A stretch of 64,000 nucleotides of DNA. It comes from Mobula hypostoma. Taxonomy: Eukaryota. Position numbers and translations under genes: made by a program. The stretch is taken from the NCBI RefSeq assembly GCF_963921235.1, contig NC_086097.1, positions 4,340,001 to 4,404,000 of the forward strand. The letters run 5' to 3'. The stretch's first letter is position 1. The number at the start of each line of letters is the position of its first letter. Shown here one piece after another: positions 1 through 12,830 of this stretch. A model generated the notes under the pieces. That model saw only the letters and a list, made by a program, of their open reading frames with translations. It was not told where the DNA came from and did not search any database.

Positions 1-2290
1 AACTGTTACTCTCCAAACTGTAAAAGTGTTGTGATAACTGTTACTCACCAAAATTTTGTTGTGCTAACTGTTCTGCATTAAACTGTAACAGCTTTTTTTC
101 TGTTATACTCCAAGTGTAACAGCATTCTACTGTTACCCCCAGAACTGTAACAGCATTGTGCTAACTTTTACCCTCTACATTGTTACTTCGTTGTGCTATC
201 TGTTATTCTTCAAACTTTAACAATGTTGTGCTAACAGTTACTCTTCAAACTGTATCAGTGTTGTGCTAACCGTTACTCTCCGACCGGGAACAGCATTGTA
301 CCAACTGTTCCATTCCGAACTGTAAAGGCATTGTGCTAACGGTTACTCTCTGAACTGTAACAGCGTTGCACGAACTGTTACTCTCCGATCTGTAAAAGCG
401 TTGTGATAACTGTTACTCACAGAGCTGTAACTACATTGTGCTGACTGTTACTCTCCGAGCTGTAACAGTGTGTGCTACCTGTTCCACTCTGAGCTCCAGC
501 AGCATTGTGCCAACTGTTCCAGTTCGAACTGTAACAGCGTTGTGCTAAATGTTCCATTCTGAACTGTAAAGGTGTTGTGCTGTTACTCCCTGAACTGTAA
601 GAGCAATGTATAACTGCTACACCCCACTCTGAGCTAAAATTGTGTTGTGCTGTTTCACTCTAAACTATAACAGCTTTTTTCTAACTGTTACACTCCAAGT
701 TGTAACAGCATTGTACTAAATGTTACACTCTGAACTGTAACAGCATTACAGTTTTACTTTTACTCTCCGAACTGTTACTGCGTTGTGCTAACTGTTACTC
801 TCTGAACTGTAATAACGTTGTCCTAACTGTACTCTCCAACCCAGAACAGCGTTATGCCAACTGTTCCATTCTGAACTGTAAAGGCATTGCGCTAACTTAC
901 TCTCTGAACTGTAACAGTGTTGCACGAACTGTTACTCTCCGATCTGTAAAAGTATTGTTATAACTGTTACTCACCGAGCTGTTTCTGCATTGTGCTGACT
1001 GTTATTCTCTGAGATATAACAGTGTTGGGCTAATGGTTTCTCTCTAAACTCTAACAGCATTGTGCTAACTCTTACTCTCTAAACTGTAACAGCATTGTGC
1101 TAACTGTTACTCTCTGCACTGTAACAGTGTTGTACTAACTGTTACTCCCTAAACTGTAACAGCTTTTTTCTAACTGTTACACTCCCAACTGTAATAGTGT
1201 TGTGCTAACTGTTAATCTCTGAACTGTAACAGCTTTGTGCTAACTCTTACTTTCCGACTGCAACAGCATTTTGCTAACTTTTACACTTGGAACTGTAATG
1301 GTGTTGTGTTAACTGTTACTCTTCGAGTTGTAACAGCGTCGTGTTAACTGTTACTCTCTGAATTGTTGTACTAACTGTTCTACACCAAGCTGTAACAGCG
1401 TTGTTCTAACTGTTACATTCCAAACTTTAACAGTGATGTGTTAACTATCACTCTCTGAAATTTAACACCTATGTGTTAACTATTACTCTCTGAGCTGCAA
1501 CAGCAGTCTGCTACCTGTTGCTCTCTGAGCTGATACAGCGTTGTGCGAATTGTTACTCTCCAAACCGTAACAGTGTTGTGCTAGTTGTTACTCTCCAAGC
1601 TGTAACAGTGCTGTGCTAACTGTTACTCTCTGAACTGTAACAACATTGTGCTAACTGTTACTCTCTGAGTTGTAATAGTGTTCGGCTTACTGTTGCTCTC
1701 TGAAACGCAACAGCGTTGTGCTAACTGCGACTCTCCGAACTGTAACAGTGTTGTTTTAACTGTTCCACTCTGAGCTGTAATAGTGTTTGGCTAACTGATA
1801 CTCTCTGAACTGTAATAGTGTTGTGCTATCTGTTACTCTCTGAGATGTCATGGTGTTGCGTTAACTGTTGCACTTGAAACTGTAACAACATTGTGCTAAC
1901 TTTTCCACTCCGACCTTTAGTAGCGTTGTGTTAACTGTAACTCTCTGAATTGTAACAGCAATGTGCTAACTGTAACTCTCCAAACTGTAATAGCATTGTG
2001 CTAACTTTTCCACTCTGACCTGTAATGGTGTTTTGCTAACTGTTACTCTCTGAATTGTTGTGCTAACTGTTTTGCACCAAGCTGTAACAGCGTTGTTCTA
2101 ACTGTTACACTCCGAACTCTAACAGTGATGTGTTACCAATTACCTTCCGAACTTTAACACTGATGTGTTAACTATCACTCTCTGAACTGCAACAGCACTG
2201 TACTGGTTGTTACTCTCGGAACTGTAACAGCACGGTGCCATTACTCTCCAAACTCCAACTGAATTGTGCTAATTGTTACTCCCCAAACTG
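1..2290. repeat. 35-bp tandem satellite, diverged monomers, consensus approx. AACTGTTACTCTCTGAACTGTAACAGCATTGTGCT; runs off the left edge
   Basis: AACTGTTAC recurs at about 35-bp spacing (e.g. near 1102 and 1137). Each monomer has an internal inverted repeat CTGTTAC...GTAACAG. Confidence 0.95.
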
Positions 2291-2294
2291 AAGC

Positions 2295-2706
2295 CCCCCT
2301 CCCTGTATTTGTGACACGTACCAGGAACATTGTATATAAAGGACCCGAAGCGTTGTTGAGGATCCCTACCACAGTCTCAGTGAGCCATGACAATAAAGAA
2401 GGAGGTACAGGAGTATCAGGCCTAGGACTGCCAGACTGGGTAACAGCTTCTCCCTCAGGGCTGTGAGACTAATGAATACCCTGCCACCACCGAGGTCTCG
2501 TCACTCAGACAGTGACCTGTTTGCTGTTTACTGTTTACTTGTGCTGAGCACTACATGCACTTCGAGTTATATTTTCTTAACTGGCAATATTTTTGTTTCA
2601 TGTGCTGATTGTGATATATGCTTTGTTGGTACACCATGGTCTGGAGGAATATTATTTCGTTTGGTTGTATATATATACAGTCAGATGACAATAAACTTGA
2701 ACTTGT
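2295..2706 (+). mobile_element. Decayed 3' end of a Rex1/Babar-like LINE
   Basis: Shares the 3' region (AACAGCTTCT..CCCTCAGG..CTGTGAGACTAATGAATACC; CAGATGACAATAAACTTGAACTTG tail) with copies at 11530-12012 and 13700-14375. Confidence 0.7.
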
Positions 2707-3198
2707 CTTGCTGCTGATACAGATTTTTACTTTCATTTCTCTCCTCCTCCTCCTCTTTTCACTGCCTTTTTACTTGTTTAAATATTGTTCAAAATTCATA
2801 GATTTGAGGCCTAGGAATTGAATCTTCATAATCCCAGCAAAACGATTTCAGATTTGAATCTTTAATCTTGAAACCATCATTGTCGAGATTGAGTGGATTC
2901 AATCATGCTTCCCTTTCCGTAAAACCATAAAGCATAGGTGCAGAATTAGGCCACTTGGCTCATCCGTTTCACCACCACGTGGAACAGAGAGCCATTAAAA
3001 TCTGGAAACTAAGAGGTTTTTAAAACTGTTCTATGAACTTATTGATCCCATTCAATAGCACTGGACTCTCACTGACCTGCAACTAAAGTTATTACTTGCA
3101 CAATATATTTCATAGATGGCAGGCAAATGTGGGGCTGGTGAACAACTACCCATGTTGTTTAAACAACAGATTAATTACTTTTTACATTTGCTAACTCC

Positions 3199-4260
3199 TC
3201 AGAATCAGAATCAGAATCAGGTTTATTATCACTGGCATGTGACATGAAATTTGTTAACTTAGCAGCAGCAGTTCAATGCAATCTAGCAGAGAAAAAAATA
3301 ATAAATGAGATAAAAATAATAATAATAATAAATGAACATGAAAATCAATTACATATATTGAATAGATTAAAAATGCGTAAAAACAGAAATACTGTATATT
3401 AAAAAAAGTGAGGTAGTGTTCATGAGTTCAATGTCCATTTATGAATCAGATGGCAGAGGGGAAGAAGCTGTTCCTGAATCGCTGAGTGTGTATCTTCAGG
3501 CTTCTGTATCTCCTTCATGATGGTAACAGTGAGAAAAGGGCATGCCCTGGGTGCTGGAGGTCCTTAATAATGGACGCTGCCTTTCTGAGACACCGCTTCC
3601 TGATGATGCCCTGGGTACTTTGTAGGTTAATACCCAAGATGGAGTTGACTAGATTTACAATCTTCTGCAGCTTCTTTCGGTCCTGTGCAGTAGTCCCTCC
3701 ATGCCAGACAGTGATGCAGCCTGTCAGAATGCTCTCCATGGTACAACTAAAGAAGTTTTTGAGTGTATTTGTTGACATGCCAAATCTCTTCAAACTCCTA
3801 ATGAAGTATAGTCACTGCCTTGCCTTCTTTATACTGTAACTACGTACATCAATATGTTGGGACCAGGTTAGATCCTCAGAGATCATGACACCCAGGAACA
3901 TGAAACTGCTCACTTTCTCCACTTCTGATCCCTCTATGAGGATTGGTATGTGTTCCTTCATCTTACCCTTCCTGAAGTCCACAATCGCCTCTTTCGTCTT
4001 ACTGGCGTTGAGTGCCAGGTTATTGCTGCGGTACCGTTCCACTAGTTGGCGTATCTCACTCCTGTACACCCTCTCATCGCCACCTGAGATTCTACCAACA
4101 ATAGTTATATCATCAGCAAATTTATAGATGGTACTTGAGCTATAAAAAGCCACACAGTCACGTGTATATAGAGAGTAGAGCAGTGGGCTAAGCACACACC
4201 CCTGAGGTGCACCAGTGTTGATTGTCAGCGAGAAGGATATGTTATCACCAATCCGCACAT
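3199..4260 (-). mobile_element. 5'-truncated Rex1/Babar-type LINE: RT C-terminal part plus 3' UTR, (TTCTGA)n tail
   Basis: ORFs 3812-4339 ([23 protein letters not shown]) and 3515-3793 (ESILTGCITVW); AGAATC repeats at 3200-3220. Confidence 0.88.
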
Positions 4261-4726
4261 GAAAGAAATTATTGTATATTTCCAACTGCAAAAAAATCTG
4301 CTTAATTGCTGATACTGAAACAATGAAGAAGTTTAACACTTGTTAAAATTTAACACCTTTTTACCACCTGTTGTCACTGATAATAAAATAAAGAAAATAA
4401 CCAAAGTAACTGGACCCAGAGCACATGCATTCAAATGACTCAAACATTCTTTTTATTTTACTTGTGCACAAGGAGTCCCACTGGTCCCTGTCACCCTCAC
4501 TGTTCTGAAGTTTGAACTGAAAGCTGCTATGTTTAGACCTATGTTTGTGACACTTCTCACACTCTGAAACTTTTCGATGATTATAAGTTCCCTGGCCCCC
4601 ACCACTTTATTTTCACCACATCTGCAGATTTCCTCGTGTTTGCATGTTTAGACAGAATTGGCTTAACAGTTACAAATATTGATTAATTATAAATTCCTTA
4701 CTTGCAAGTTCAATTGCCATCCATAA

Positions 4727-4866
4727 GAGAGGTGTTAAAGTCAATCAAACTTCAAGTGGACAGCTGATGATAATTTGAAGTTAGTAAGGACAATAGAGAT
4801 GTTAAAGTCAATCGAGACTTCAAGTGGGCAGCTGATGGTATTTTGAAGTTAGTAATGATACTAGAG
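4727..4866. repeat. Two-copy tandem duplication, unit about 67 bp
   Basis: GTTAAAGTCAATC..ACTTCAAGTGG.CAGCTGATG..A.TTTGAAGTTAGTAA starts at 4734 and at 4801. Confidence 0.85.
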
Positions 4867-5215
4867 CTTTAGTTGCCGGGCATGTTTCACTTCTTTCTGT
4901 TACCTTGCCTTACTCTGGCACATTTTATTGTGTAAAGAGATGCTATGTTTTAGGAAAAGCTTTCTGGAAAATTCTCACTTCGGAGGCTTCACTCGTCTGG
5001 GTTGAGTACAGACTTCCGCAGTCAACACAGACTATCTCGTCTGTAGTAAGAAGAGGTCTCTTCAGCGATTTCACTTTAAAGTCTCGCTTAACTATAATTG
5101 CCTCGGGCTATCCGTGCTTTACTGTGACTTCCACACTGGTTCAAAATTTCAAGAGGAAAACTATGAGCAATATTTATGACAAGCAGTGTGTTGAAAATAA
5201 ATAGGTGTTAAATTG

Positions 5216-5512
5216 AAGTTGCTGGTGGACGCAGCAGGCCAGGCAGCATCTCTAGGAAGAGGTTCGGTCGACGTTTCGGGCCGAGACCCTTCGCCAGGAC
5301 TAAATGAAGGAAGAGTGAGTAAGAGCTAGTAAGAGCTAGGAAGAGCTACTAATCTCTTACTAACTTTTCCTTCAGTTAGTCCTGACGAAGGGTCTCGGCC
5401 TGAAACGTCGACTGTACCTCTTCCTAGAGATGCTGCCTGGCCTGCTGCGTTCACCAGCAACTTTGATGTGTGTTGCTTGAATTTCCAGCATCTGCAGAAT
5501 TCCTCCTGTTTG
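5216..5512 (+). mobile_element. Short non-autonomous Penelope-derived fold-back insertion with two inverted hammerhead-containing arms
   Basis: Left arm (from 5216) is the reverse complement of the right arm (to about 5463). 13-bp TSD AGGTGTTAAATTG at 5203-5215 and 5513-5525. Confidence 0.85.
5378..5413 (+). ncRNA. Minimal type I hammerhead ribozyme motif
   Basis: AGTC-CTGACGA-AGG GTCTCGG CCT-GAAA-CG-TC^GACT: helix I AGTC/GACT, intact core boxes, palindromic loopless helix III (ACGT). Confidence 0.8.
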
Positions 5513-5559
5513 AGGTGTTAAATTGGTGGGTTGCTGGGCAGTGAAGCTTGTTTCACATA

Positions 5560-5777
5560 GTATCTCTAAATAAATAAAGTAACACACACAAAATGTTTCC
5601 AGCGGTATCGCTAAATAAATAAAAATAACACACACAAAATGTTTCCAGCGGTATTTCTAAATAAATAAAGTAACACACACAAAATGTTTCCAGCGACATC
5701 TCTAAATAAATAAAGTAACACACACAAAATGTTTCCAGCGGTATCGCTAAATAAATAAAAATAACACACACAAAATG
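5560..5777. repeat. Minisatellite, five copies of a 45-46 bp unit
   Basis: CTAAATAAATAAA starts at 5566, 5611, 5657, 5702 and 5747. Two variants occur in the order A,B,A,A,B. Confidence 0.92.
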
Positions 5778-5985
5778 CTGGAGGAACTCAGCAGGTCAGG
5801 CAGCATCTATCAAAATGAATAAACAGGCGTCATTTCAGGCGGAGCCGTTCACCAGTCCTGATGAAGAGTCTTGGCCTGAAACGTCATCTGTACTCTTTTC
5901 TGTAGATGCTGCCTGGCCTGCTGAATTCCTCCAGCATTTTGTGTGTATTACTTTGTTTTCCGGCATCTGCAGATTTCCTCTTCAG
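5765..5985 (+). mobile_element. Older Penelope-derived fold-back unit with hammerhead motif at about 5854-5889
   Basis: CACACAAAATGCTGGAGGAACTCAGCAGG is inverted against CCTGCTGAATTCCTCCAGCATTTTGTGTG; contains AGTCCTGATGAAGAGTCTTGGCCTGAAACGTC. Confidence 0.75.
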
Positions 5986-6169
5986 AAATAAATAAATTGC
6001 AAATTGGTGAGTCCATTTCACTGAACTTTGTGGCATCCTGGAGCTAAAACCTACAAACCTGAAAATTTCATGTTTATTCCCATTCTACCGGTTACAAACT
6101 TCATCCAGTTTCCTTTCTATGCTAAACCTCCCAATATCACAAGTGCTGTGCTAATTGGCTTTTATATGT

Positions 6170-6690
6170 GTCATGTTGGTAAGGTCTAATTTGGAGTATT
6201 GCGTGCTTAAATTTTGTTTACCTATCTTCAGGAAAGATGTAAGTAAGGTTGAAAGAGAAAATTTACAAGGTTGTTGCCAGGTCTGGAAGACCTGAGCTAT
6301 AAGGAAAGATTGAATAGGTTACAACTTCACTCCTTAGAATGTAGAAGATTGAGAGGAGATTAGAGGTGTACAAAATTATGAGGGGGTAAGTGCAAACTGG
6401 CTTTTTCCACTTGAGATTACAAGCACAGGTCATGGGTTAAGCGTGAAAGGTGAAATGTTTAAGGGGACCATGAGGGGAAACCTCTCCACTCAGAGGGTGG
6501 TGTGAGTGTGGAACAAGATAACAGCACAAGAGGTCGATGAGAACTCGATTTCAACGTTTGAGAGAAGTTTCGATAGGTACATGGATGATAGGGGTATGGA
6601 GGGCTGTGATCCAGGTGCAGGTTAATGGGAGTAGGTGGTTTAAATGATTCAGTATGGACTACACGGGCCAAAGAGCCATCTTACTATGAT
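6170..6690 (+). mobile_element. CR1 LINE 3' fragment, decayed
   Basis: Remnants of the LVRxxLEYC and RGDL..VYKIM motifs, similar to other CR1 copies in the window. Confidence 0.8.
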
Positions 6691-6729
6691 GTTATTGAGT
6701 GCTTTTCCACACTCCAGTTACAATATGTT

Positions 6730-9700
6730 CTTTTTATTCCATCTGGCCCATCAGCCCGCTTCGTCCTTCAATAAGATCATGACTGATCTGACCATGGACT
6801 CATCTCCACCCACTTGCCTTCTCCCCATAACCTTTAATTCCCCTATTATGCAAAGATCTATCCAACTTTTTCTTAAATATATTTACTGAGGTAGTCTCCA
6901 CTGCTTCATTGGTCAGAGAATTCCACAGATTCACCACTCTCTGGGAAAAGCAGTTCCACCTCATCTCCGTCTTAAATCTACTCTCCAGAATCTTGAGGCT
7001 ATATCCCCTAGTTCTTGTCTCACCCACCAGTGGAAACAACTTTCCTGCTTCTATCTTATCTATTCTTTTCATAATTTTATAAGTTTCTAAAAGATCTCCT
7101 CTTCTGAATTGCAGTGAGTACAGTCCCTCATAGTCTAACCCCTTCATATGTGGAATCAACCTGGTGAACCTCCTCTGCACTGCCTCCAAAGCCAGTATAT
7201 CCTTCCTCAAGTGTGGAGACCAGAACTGCACAACGTACTCCAGGTGCGGCCTCACCAGTACCCTGTATAGTTGCAGCATAACCTCCCTGCTCTTAAATTC
7301 AATCCTTCTGGCAATGAAGGCCAACATCCCATTTGCTTTCTTGATAGCCTGCTGCTCCTGCAAACCAACTTTTTGTGATTCATGCACGAGCACTCCCAAG
7401 GCTTTCTGCACAGCAGCATGCTGCAATCTTTTACTACTTAAATATTAATCTGATTTTTCATTTTTCCTTCCAAAGTGGATGAGCTTGCATTTACTGACAT
7501 TGTACTCCATCTACCAGATCCTTGCCCATTCGCTTAACCTATCTATATCTCTCTGTATCCTTTGCTTTTCCACTCAATTTAGTGTCATCAGCAAAACTGG
7601 TTACATTACATTCAGTCCCCTCTTCCAGATCACTAATGTATATCTTGAACAGGTATGGGCCCAGCACTGACCCTTGTGGCACACCGCTCACCACTGATCA
7701 CCAACCAGAGAAACACCCATGTGTCCCAACTCTCTGCTTTCTATTAGTTAACCAATCCTCTATCCATCACCTCTATGCATCCTTATCTTATGGATAAGTC
7801 TTTTATGTGGCATCTCATCAAATGCCTTTCGGAAATCCAAGAAAATCACGACCACCTGTTCCCCTCCATCTGGTGTGCTTGTTATCTCCTCAAAGAACTC
7901 CAGTATGTTTGTCAAACAGGACCTGCCTTTACTGAATCCATGCATCTGCCTGATGGATCCATCTCTTTTGAGATGTCTTGCTATTTCAGAACCAGAATCA
8001 GGTTTATTATCACCAGCATATGACACAAAATTTGTTAACTTAGCAGCAACAGTTCAGTGCAATGCATAATATAGCAGAAGAAGCAGAAAAAATTAATAAT
8101 AAATAAATAAATTAATTAATTTACAGTATACATATTTGAATAGATTAAAATTGTGCAAAAAACAAATAATTGTATATTTAAAAAGTGAGGTAGTGTTCAC
8201 AGGTTCAATGTCCATTTAGAAATTGGATGGCAGAGGGGAAGAAGCTGTTCCTGAATCACTGAGTGTGTGCCTTCAGGCTTCTGTACCTCCTACCTGATGG
8301 TAACAGTGAGAAAAGGGCATGCCCTGGGTGCTAGAGGTCCTTACTAATGGACGCTGCCTTTCTGAGACACTGCTCCTTGAGGATGTCCTGGGCACTTTAT
8401 AGGCTAGTGCCCAAGCTGGAGCTGACTAGATTTACAACCCTCTGCAGCTTCTTTTGGTCCTATGCAGTAGCCCCCTCCCTCTCCCCCCCCCCCCCACCAT
8501 ACCAGACAGTGATGCAGCCTGTCAGAATGCTCTCCATGGTACTTCAATAGAAGTTTTTGAGTGTATTTGTTGACAAACCAAATCTCTTCAAACTTCTAAT
8601 GAAGTATAATTGCTGTCTTGTCTTCTTTATAACTGCATTGGTATGTTGGGAACAGGTTAGGTCCTCAGAGATTTTGACACCCAGGAACTTGAAACTGCTC
8701 ACTCTCTCCACTTCTGATCCCTCTTTGAGGATTGGTGTGTGTTCCTTTGTCTTACCCTTCCTGAAGTCCACAATCAGCTCTTTCGTCTTATTGACGATGA
8801 GTACAAAGTTATCGCTGTGACACCGCTCCACTAGATGGCATATCTTGCTCCTGTACACCCTCTCGCCACCACCTGAGATTCTACCAACAATGGTTGTATC
8901 ATCACCAAACTTATAGATGATATTTCTTCTTTAATTTATAGCTTCAAGCATTTTCCCAACTACAGATGTTAAACTAACTGACCTATAGTTACTTGCCTTT
9001 TGCCTATTTCCTTTTTTGTACAGTGGCATGACATTTACCTTCTTCCAATCTGCCGGGACCTGCCCAGAGTCCAGAGAATTTTGGTAAATCATCACCAAAG
9101 CCTTTACTATAACTTCTACCATTTCTTTCAGTACCCTGGGATGCATTCCATCAGGACAACGGAACTTCTCTATCTTTAAGCCCATAAGTTTGCTCAGCAC
9201 TACCCCTTTAGTGATAGCTGTTGTATCGAGGTCTTCACCTCCCATTGCATTCAGAACATCTCTTTTTGGCATGTTAGACGTGTCCTCCACCATGAAGACC
9301 GACACAAAGTAGTCATTCAAAGCCTCTGCCATTTCCTCGTTACCCAATATCAATTCCCTCTTCTTGTCCTCTAAGGGACCTACATTCACTTCAGCCACCC
9401 TTTTCCGCTTTATATGATTATAAAAACTTTTACTATCCGTTTTATAGTTTGTGCTAATTTATCTTCATAATCTATCTTCCCATGCTTTATTGCTCTTTGT
9501 TGTTTTTTGAAGTTTTCCCAATCTTCCTGTTTCCCCACTACTCTTGACGACTTTGTATGCACGAGCATTTGTTTTGATGCCTTCCTTTATTTCCTTAGTT
9601 CTCCAAGGCTGGCTCTCCTCACCTTTACTGTCCTTGCTTTTAACTGAAATATACTTTTGTTGAGCACAATGAAAAATCTCTTTGAAAGTTTTTCACCGTT

Positions 9701-9770
9701 GCTCAACCGTCCCACCTTATAGCCTGTGTTCCCAGTCTACACTAGCCAAATCCTCCCTCATCCTGTTGTA
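6730..9770 (-). mobile_element. CR1 LINE ORF2 remnant, split by the Rex1/Babar insertion at 7987-8920
   Basis: ORFs 6800-7426 (LVRPHLEYVVQFWSP), 7760-8026 (HGF.KGRSCLTN, FLDFRKAFD) and 8931-9398 (NYRSVSLTSVVGKMLE). Confidence 0.88.
7987..8920 (-). mobile_element. 5'-truncated Rex1/Babar-type LINE nested in CR1
   Basis: ORF 8544-8858 ([17 protein letters not shown]); highly similar to 3199-4260; TATTTC flanks both ends. Confidence 0.87.
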
Positions 9771-9915
9771 GTCCCACTATCCTTACTGGGGCAAAAGCCT
9801 CTGACAGCAACTCACTGGAGTCATGGAACGTAGAAGAGTACAGCACAGGAACTGGCCTTTCAGCCACAAAGTTGTGCTGAAAGTTAAATTGCTAATCAAT
9901 GGCCAACTAAACTAA

Positions 9916-10686
9916 AACACGAGGAAATCTGCAGATGCTGGAAATTCAAGCAAGACACATAAAAAATGCTGGTGAACGCAGCAGGCCAGGCAGCATCCCT
10001 AGGAAGTGGTACAGTCGACGTTTTGTGCCGAAACTCTTCGTCAGGACTAACTGAAAGAAGAGATAGAAAGATATTTGAAAGTTATTATTCATTATTTCCT
10101 GCGGAGCATGAAGAAAGCTCACCTCTGTCCCAGGGTAGTGACGGACTTTTACCGCTGTACCATTGAGAGCGTACTCACCAACTGCATCTCAGTGTGGTAT
10201 GGCAATTGTCCCATGTCAGACCGTAAAGCACTCCAGCGTGTGGCGAAAACTGCCCAGCGGATTATTGGCACCCAATTGCCCACCATTAAGAACATCTACC
10301 ATAAACGCTGCCTGGGCAGGGCGAAAAGCATTATCAAGGATGCCTCTCACCCTAACCATGGACTTTTTACTCTCCTCCCATCTGGTAGGCGCTACAGGAG
10401 CCTCCGCTCCCGCACCAGCAGGCACAGGAAGAGCTTCTTCCCTGAGGCTGTGACACTGCTGAACCTCACATCACAGCGCTAAGCAGTATTGCATCCATAT
10501 TGTAATGTCTCAGTGCTTTTATATTTGTGTGCTGTAGCACTTTTTTTATTCGCAGGTATTTTGTAATTAGCACTATTCTTTGCATTTCTGGTCAGATGCT
10601 AAATGCATTTCATTGGCTTTGTATCTGTACTCGGCACAATGACAATAAAGTTGAATCTAATCTAATCTAAATTTTTTATGTGCGTT
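9916..10686 (-). mobile_element. Penelope-derived hammerhead unit whose second arm is largely replaced by a nested LINE fragment
   Basis: Tail plus degenerate hammerhead (minus strand, 10013-10048); residual inverted arm ATTTTTTATGTG at about 10671; 14-bp TSD GCCAACTAAACTAA at 9902-9915 and 10687-10700. Confidence 0.75.
10082..10670 (+). mobile_element. Rex1/Babar-type LINE 3' fragment, (TCTAA)n tail
   Basis: ORF 10075-10482 (FYRCTIESVLTNCISVWYG, LLPSGRRYRS, SFFPEAV). Confidence 0.87.
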
Positions 10687-10749
10687 GCCAACTAAACTAA
10701 TCTCTTCTGCAGTCACAATGTCCATATCCTTTCATTTTCTTCACATTCA

Positions 10750-11170
10750 TGTGCCTTGGGCAGCAATGGTCCTCCATTTCTGTCTGTCCTTGGCCATCTT
10801 CTCCATTGTGGCTCCGGTGAGGTCAGGGTCATTGGGCTAGTAGCTTCCTCTTGGTTTTTATTACTGTCAGCCATGCAAGGCCCTGGTGGGTACTCAGGAA
10901 TACCATTGCACACAGATATAGAATATTCTTCATTGCTATTTCTGCAGTTATTTTGTTTTACCAGTCAGGGTTGTTGGCTCTGAGCTGAACCCCCAAACCT
11001 GGAGGACTGGTGGACCACTCTTCATCCAGCCTCTACCCTTTGACCTGTTTGGCATGAGTGACCCTGCAAAGAGTCAAAGCATAAAGCCCTGACTCCAGCT
11101 GACATAGCTCTCTGGGTCACTGAGGGATGAAGCCTCCAAACCCTTTGTCGAGGTTGCTGACCTCTTGGAG
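10750..11170 (-). mobile_element. Probable RTE-derived non-autonomous element
   Basis: Resembles RTE terminal segments (CCTCTACCCTTTGACCTGTTTGGCATG..GACCCT); recognition from memory only. Confidence 0.45.
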
Positions 11171-11529
11171 TAGTTGGTTCCCAACTACTTCTGTTGTGCT
11201 TACAGTGGGATTTACTGTGAAGAAAGGTCCAGGAAAATTATTTAGTATTTCCTCATTCTCTTCAGTACTTCCTGCTCCCCAAGATCCTTTAATAACTTTT
11301 TATAGGAAACTCAAAAAATGAGATTGACTGTATTTTTTTCTAACTTTTCCAATTGTGCTAACCTGGTCCTGTGTAAACGAGCTATAATGAACTTGCCTGA
11401 CCTGTGTTTTTTTCCCATATTGTTTGTTTTAATTCATGAGCAATCATATTAAGAAAAAAATCCTTTAACAATATTTGTGGCAGCTGGCTCACAGGAAGGA
11501 ACATGTAACACAGGGAGGTGCGAGGTATC

Positions 11530-12012
11530 AGTACACAGGAGTCACAGAGGACAGTGAAAACCAACAAAACGATCACTGGGGTCTCCCTCCACCCCCCGTT
11601 TGTGACATTTACCGGGAACATTGTATACAAAGGGCCCAAAGTATTGTTGAGGGTCCCCACCACCCACAATCTCTGACCCACGACCGTCAGGAAGGAGGTA
11701 CAGGAACATCAGGACTGGGACTGCCAGACTTGGTAACAGCTTCTTCCCCCAGGCTGTGAGACTAATGAATACCTGCCACCACCGAGGTCTCGTCACTCAG
11801 ACAGTGAACTGTTTTGTGTTTACTGTTTACTGTTTACCTGTGCACCACATGCACTTTGAATTATATTTTATTAACTGGTAATATTTTGTTTTATGTATGT
11901 GCTGTATGTGATATATGTATATTGTGTGGTTGTACCATGGTCTGGAGGAATGTTTTTTTTTTAGTTGTACTGTTTATATGTACAGTCAGATGACAATAAA
12001 CTTGAACTTGAA
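11530..12012 (+). mobile_element. Rex1/Babar-like LINE 3' end, decayed
   Basis: Same 3' region as 2295-2706; DIYREHCIQRAQSI remnant. Confidence 0.72.
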
Positions 12013-12382
12013 CGGGCCCATCAGCCCAAATTGTTGTGCCTATCTAATTAAATTAGTAATCAGGTACCCAATTGAACCACTCTCTTCTGCCTACACAATG
12101 TCCATATCCCTCCCCATTCCTTACATTCATTTAAAACCATGCCGAATTCCTCTGTTGTATTTGCCTCCATCATCACCTCCGGCTCAGGCAGCACGTGCCA
12201 ATTAGCGACCACTCTCTGTGCGAGAAAAAGCTTGGCCCCACACACCTCCTTTGAACCTACCCCTCTCACCTTCAATGCAGCACAGAACCATTTACTATCT
12301 TCCAACGAGAGCTAGATAGGGCATAGCGGCGAGGCGGTGTCCACGGGCTCGTGGACTGCTCAGAACTCTGATGGTGGAATGC

Positions 12383-12830
12383 AATCAGAATCAGGTTTAT
12401 TATCACTGGCACGTGCTGTCAAATTTATTGTTGAATGCAACACAGAAAGAAAACAAAATTAGTAAATCAATTACCAGAAGTGTATATATGTATATTAAGT
12501 AGTTAGGTTAAAGATAGTGCAAAACAGAAATAATATAATTTTTTAAAAAATGAGAAGCGGGTATGTCCTGGATGTGAGGCTCCTTAAGGAAGGATGCCAA
12601 CTTCCTGAGCTGCCATCTTCTCAGTGGTGAGGAGGCTTGTGTACATGATGGAGCTGACTGAATCTACTATGCTTGCTTTCTTTGACCCCTGTGCGGTGAC
12701 CCACCCCTCCCCACCAGACGGCGATGCAGCCAGTTAGAATGCTGTCCGCAGTACAGCAGGAGAAGTTTGTCAGAGTCTTTGGTGACATAGCAAATCTCAT
12801 CAGACTCCCAATGAAGCATAAGTGCATCAG
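12383..12830 (-). mobile_element. Rex1/Babar-like LINE 3' fragment
   Basis: AATCAGAATCAGGTTTATTATC tail; DSILTGCIAVW remnant. Confidence 0.75.

Noticed and set aside
1..2290. Common origin of the 35-bp and 40-bp satellites
   Set aside because: Only CTGAAC is shared, too short to support homology.
4529..4653. Another Penelope-tail insertion with TSD ATGTTTAGAC
   Set aside because: Only about 25 nt match the tail and the interior is unrecognisable; too weak to count.
5372..5771. ORFs with repeated LETFCVCYFIYL
   Set aside because: Product of the 45-bp minisatellite.
10075..10482. Host gene exon (such peptides are sometimes annotated as host proteins)
   Set aside because: It is the Rex1/Babar RT C-terminal region, repeated many times here with LINE tails and no splice context.
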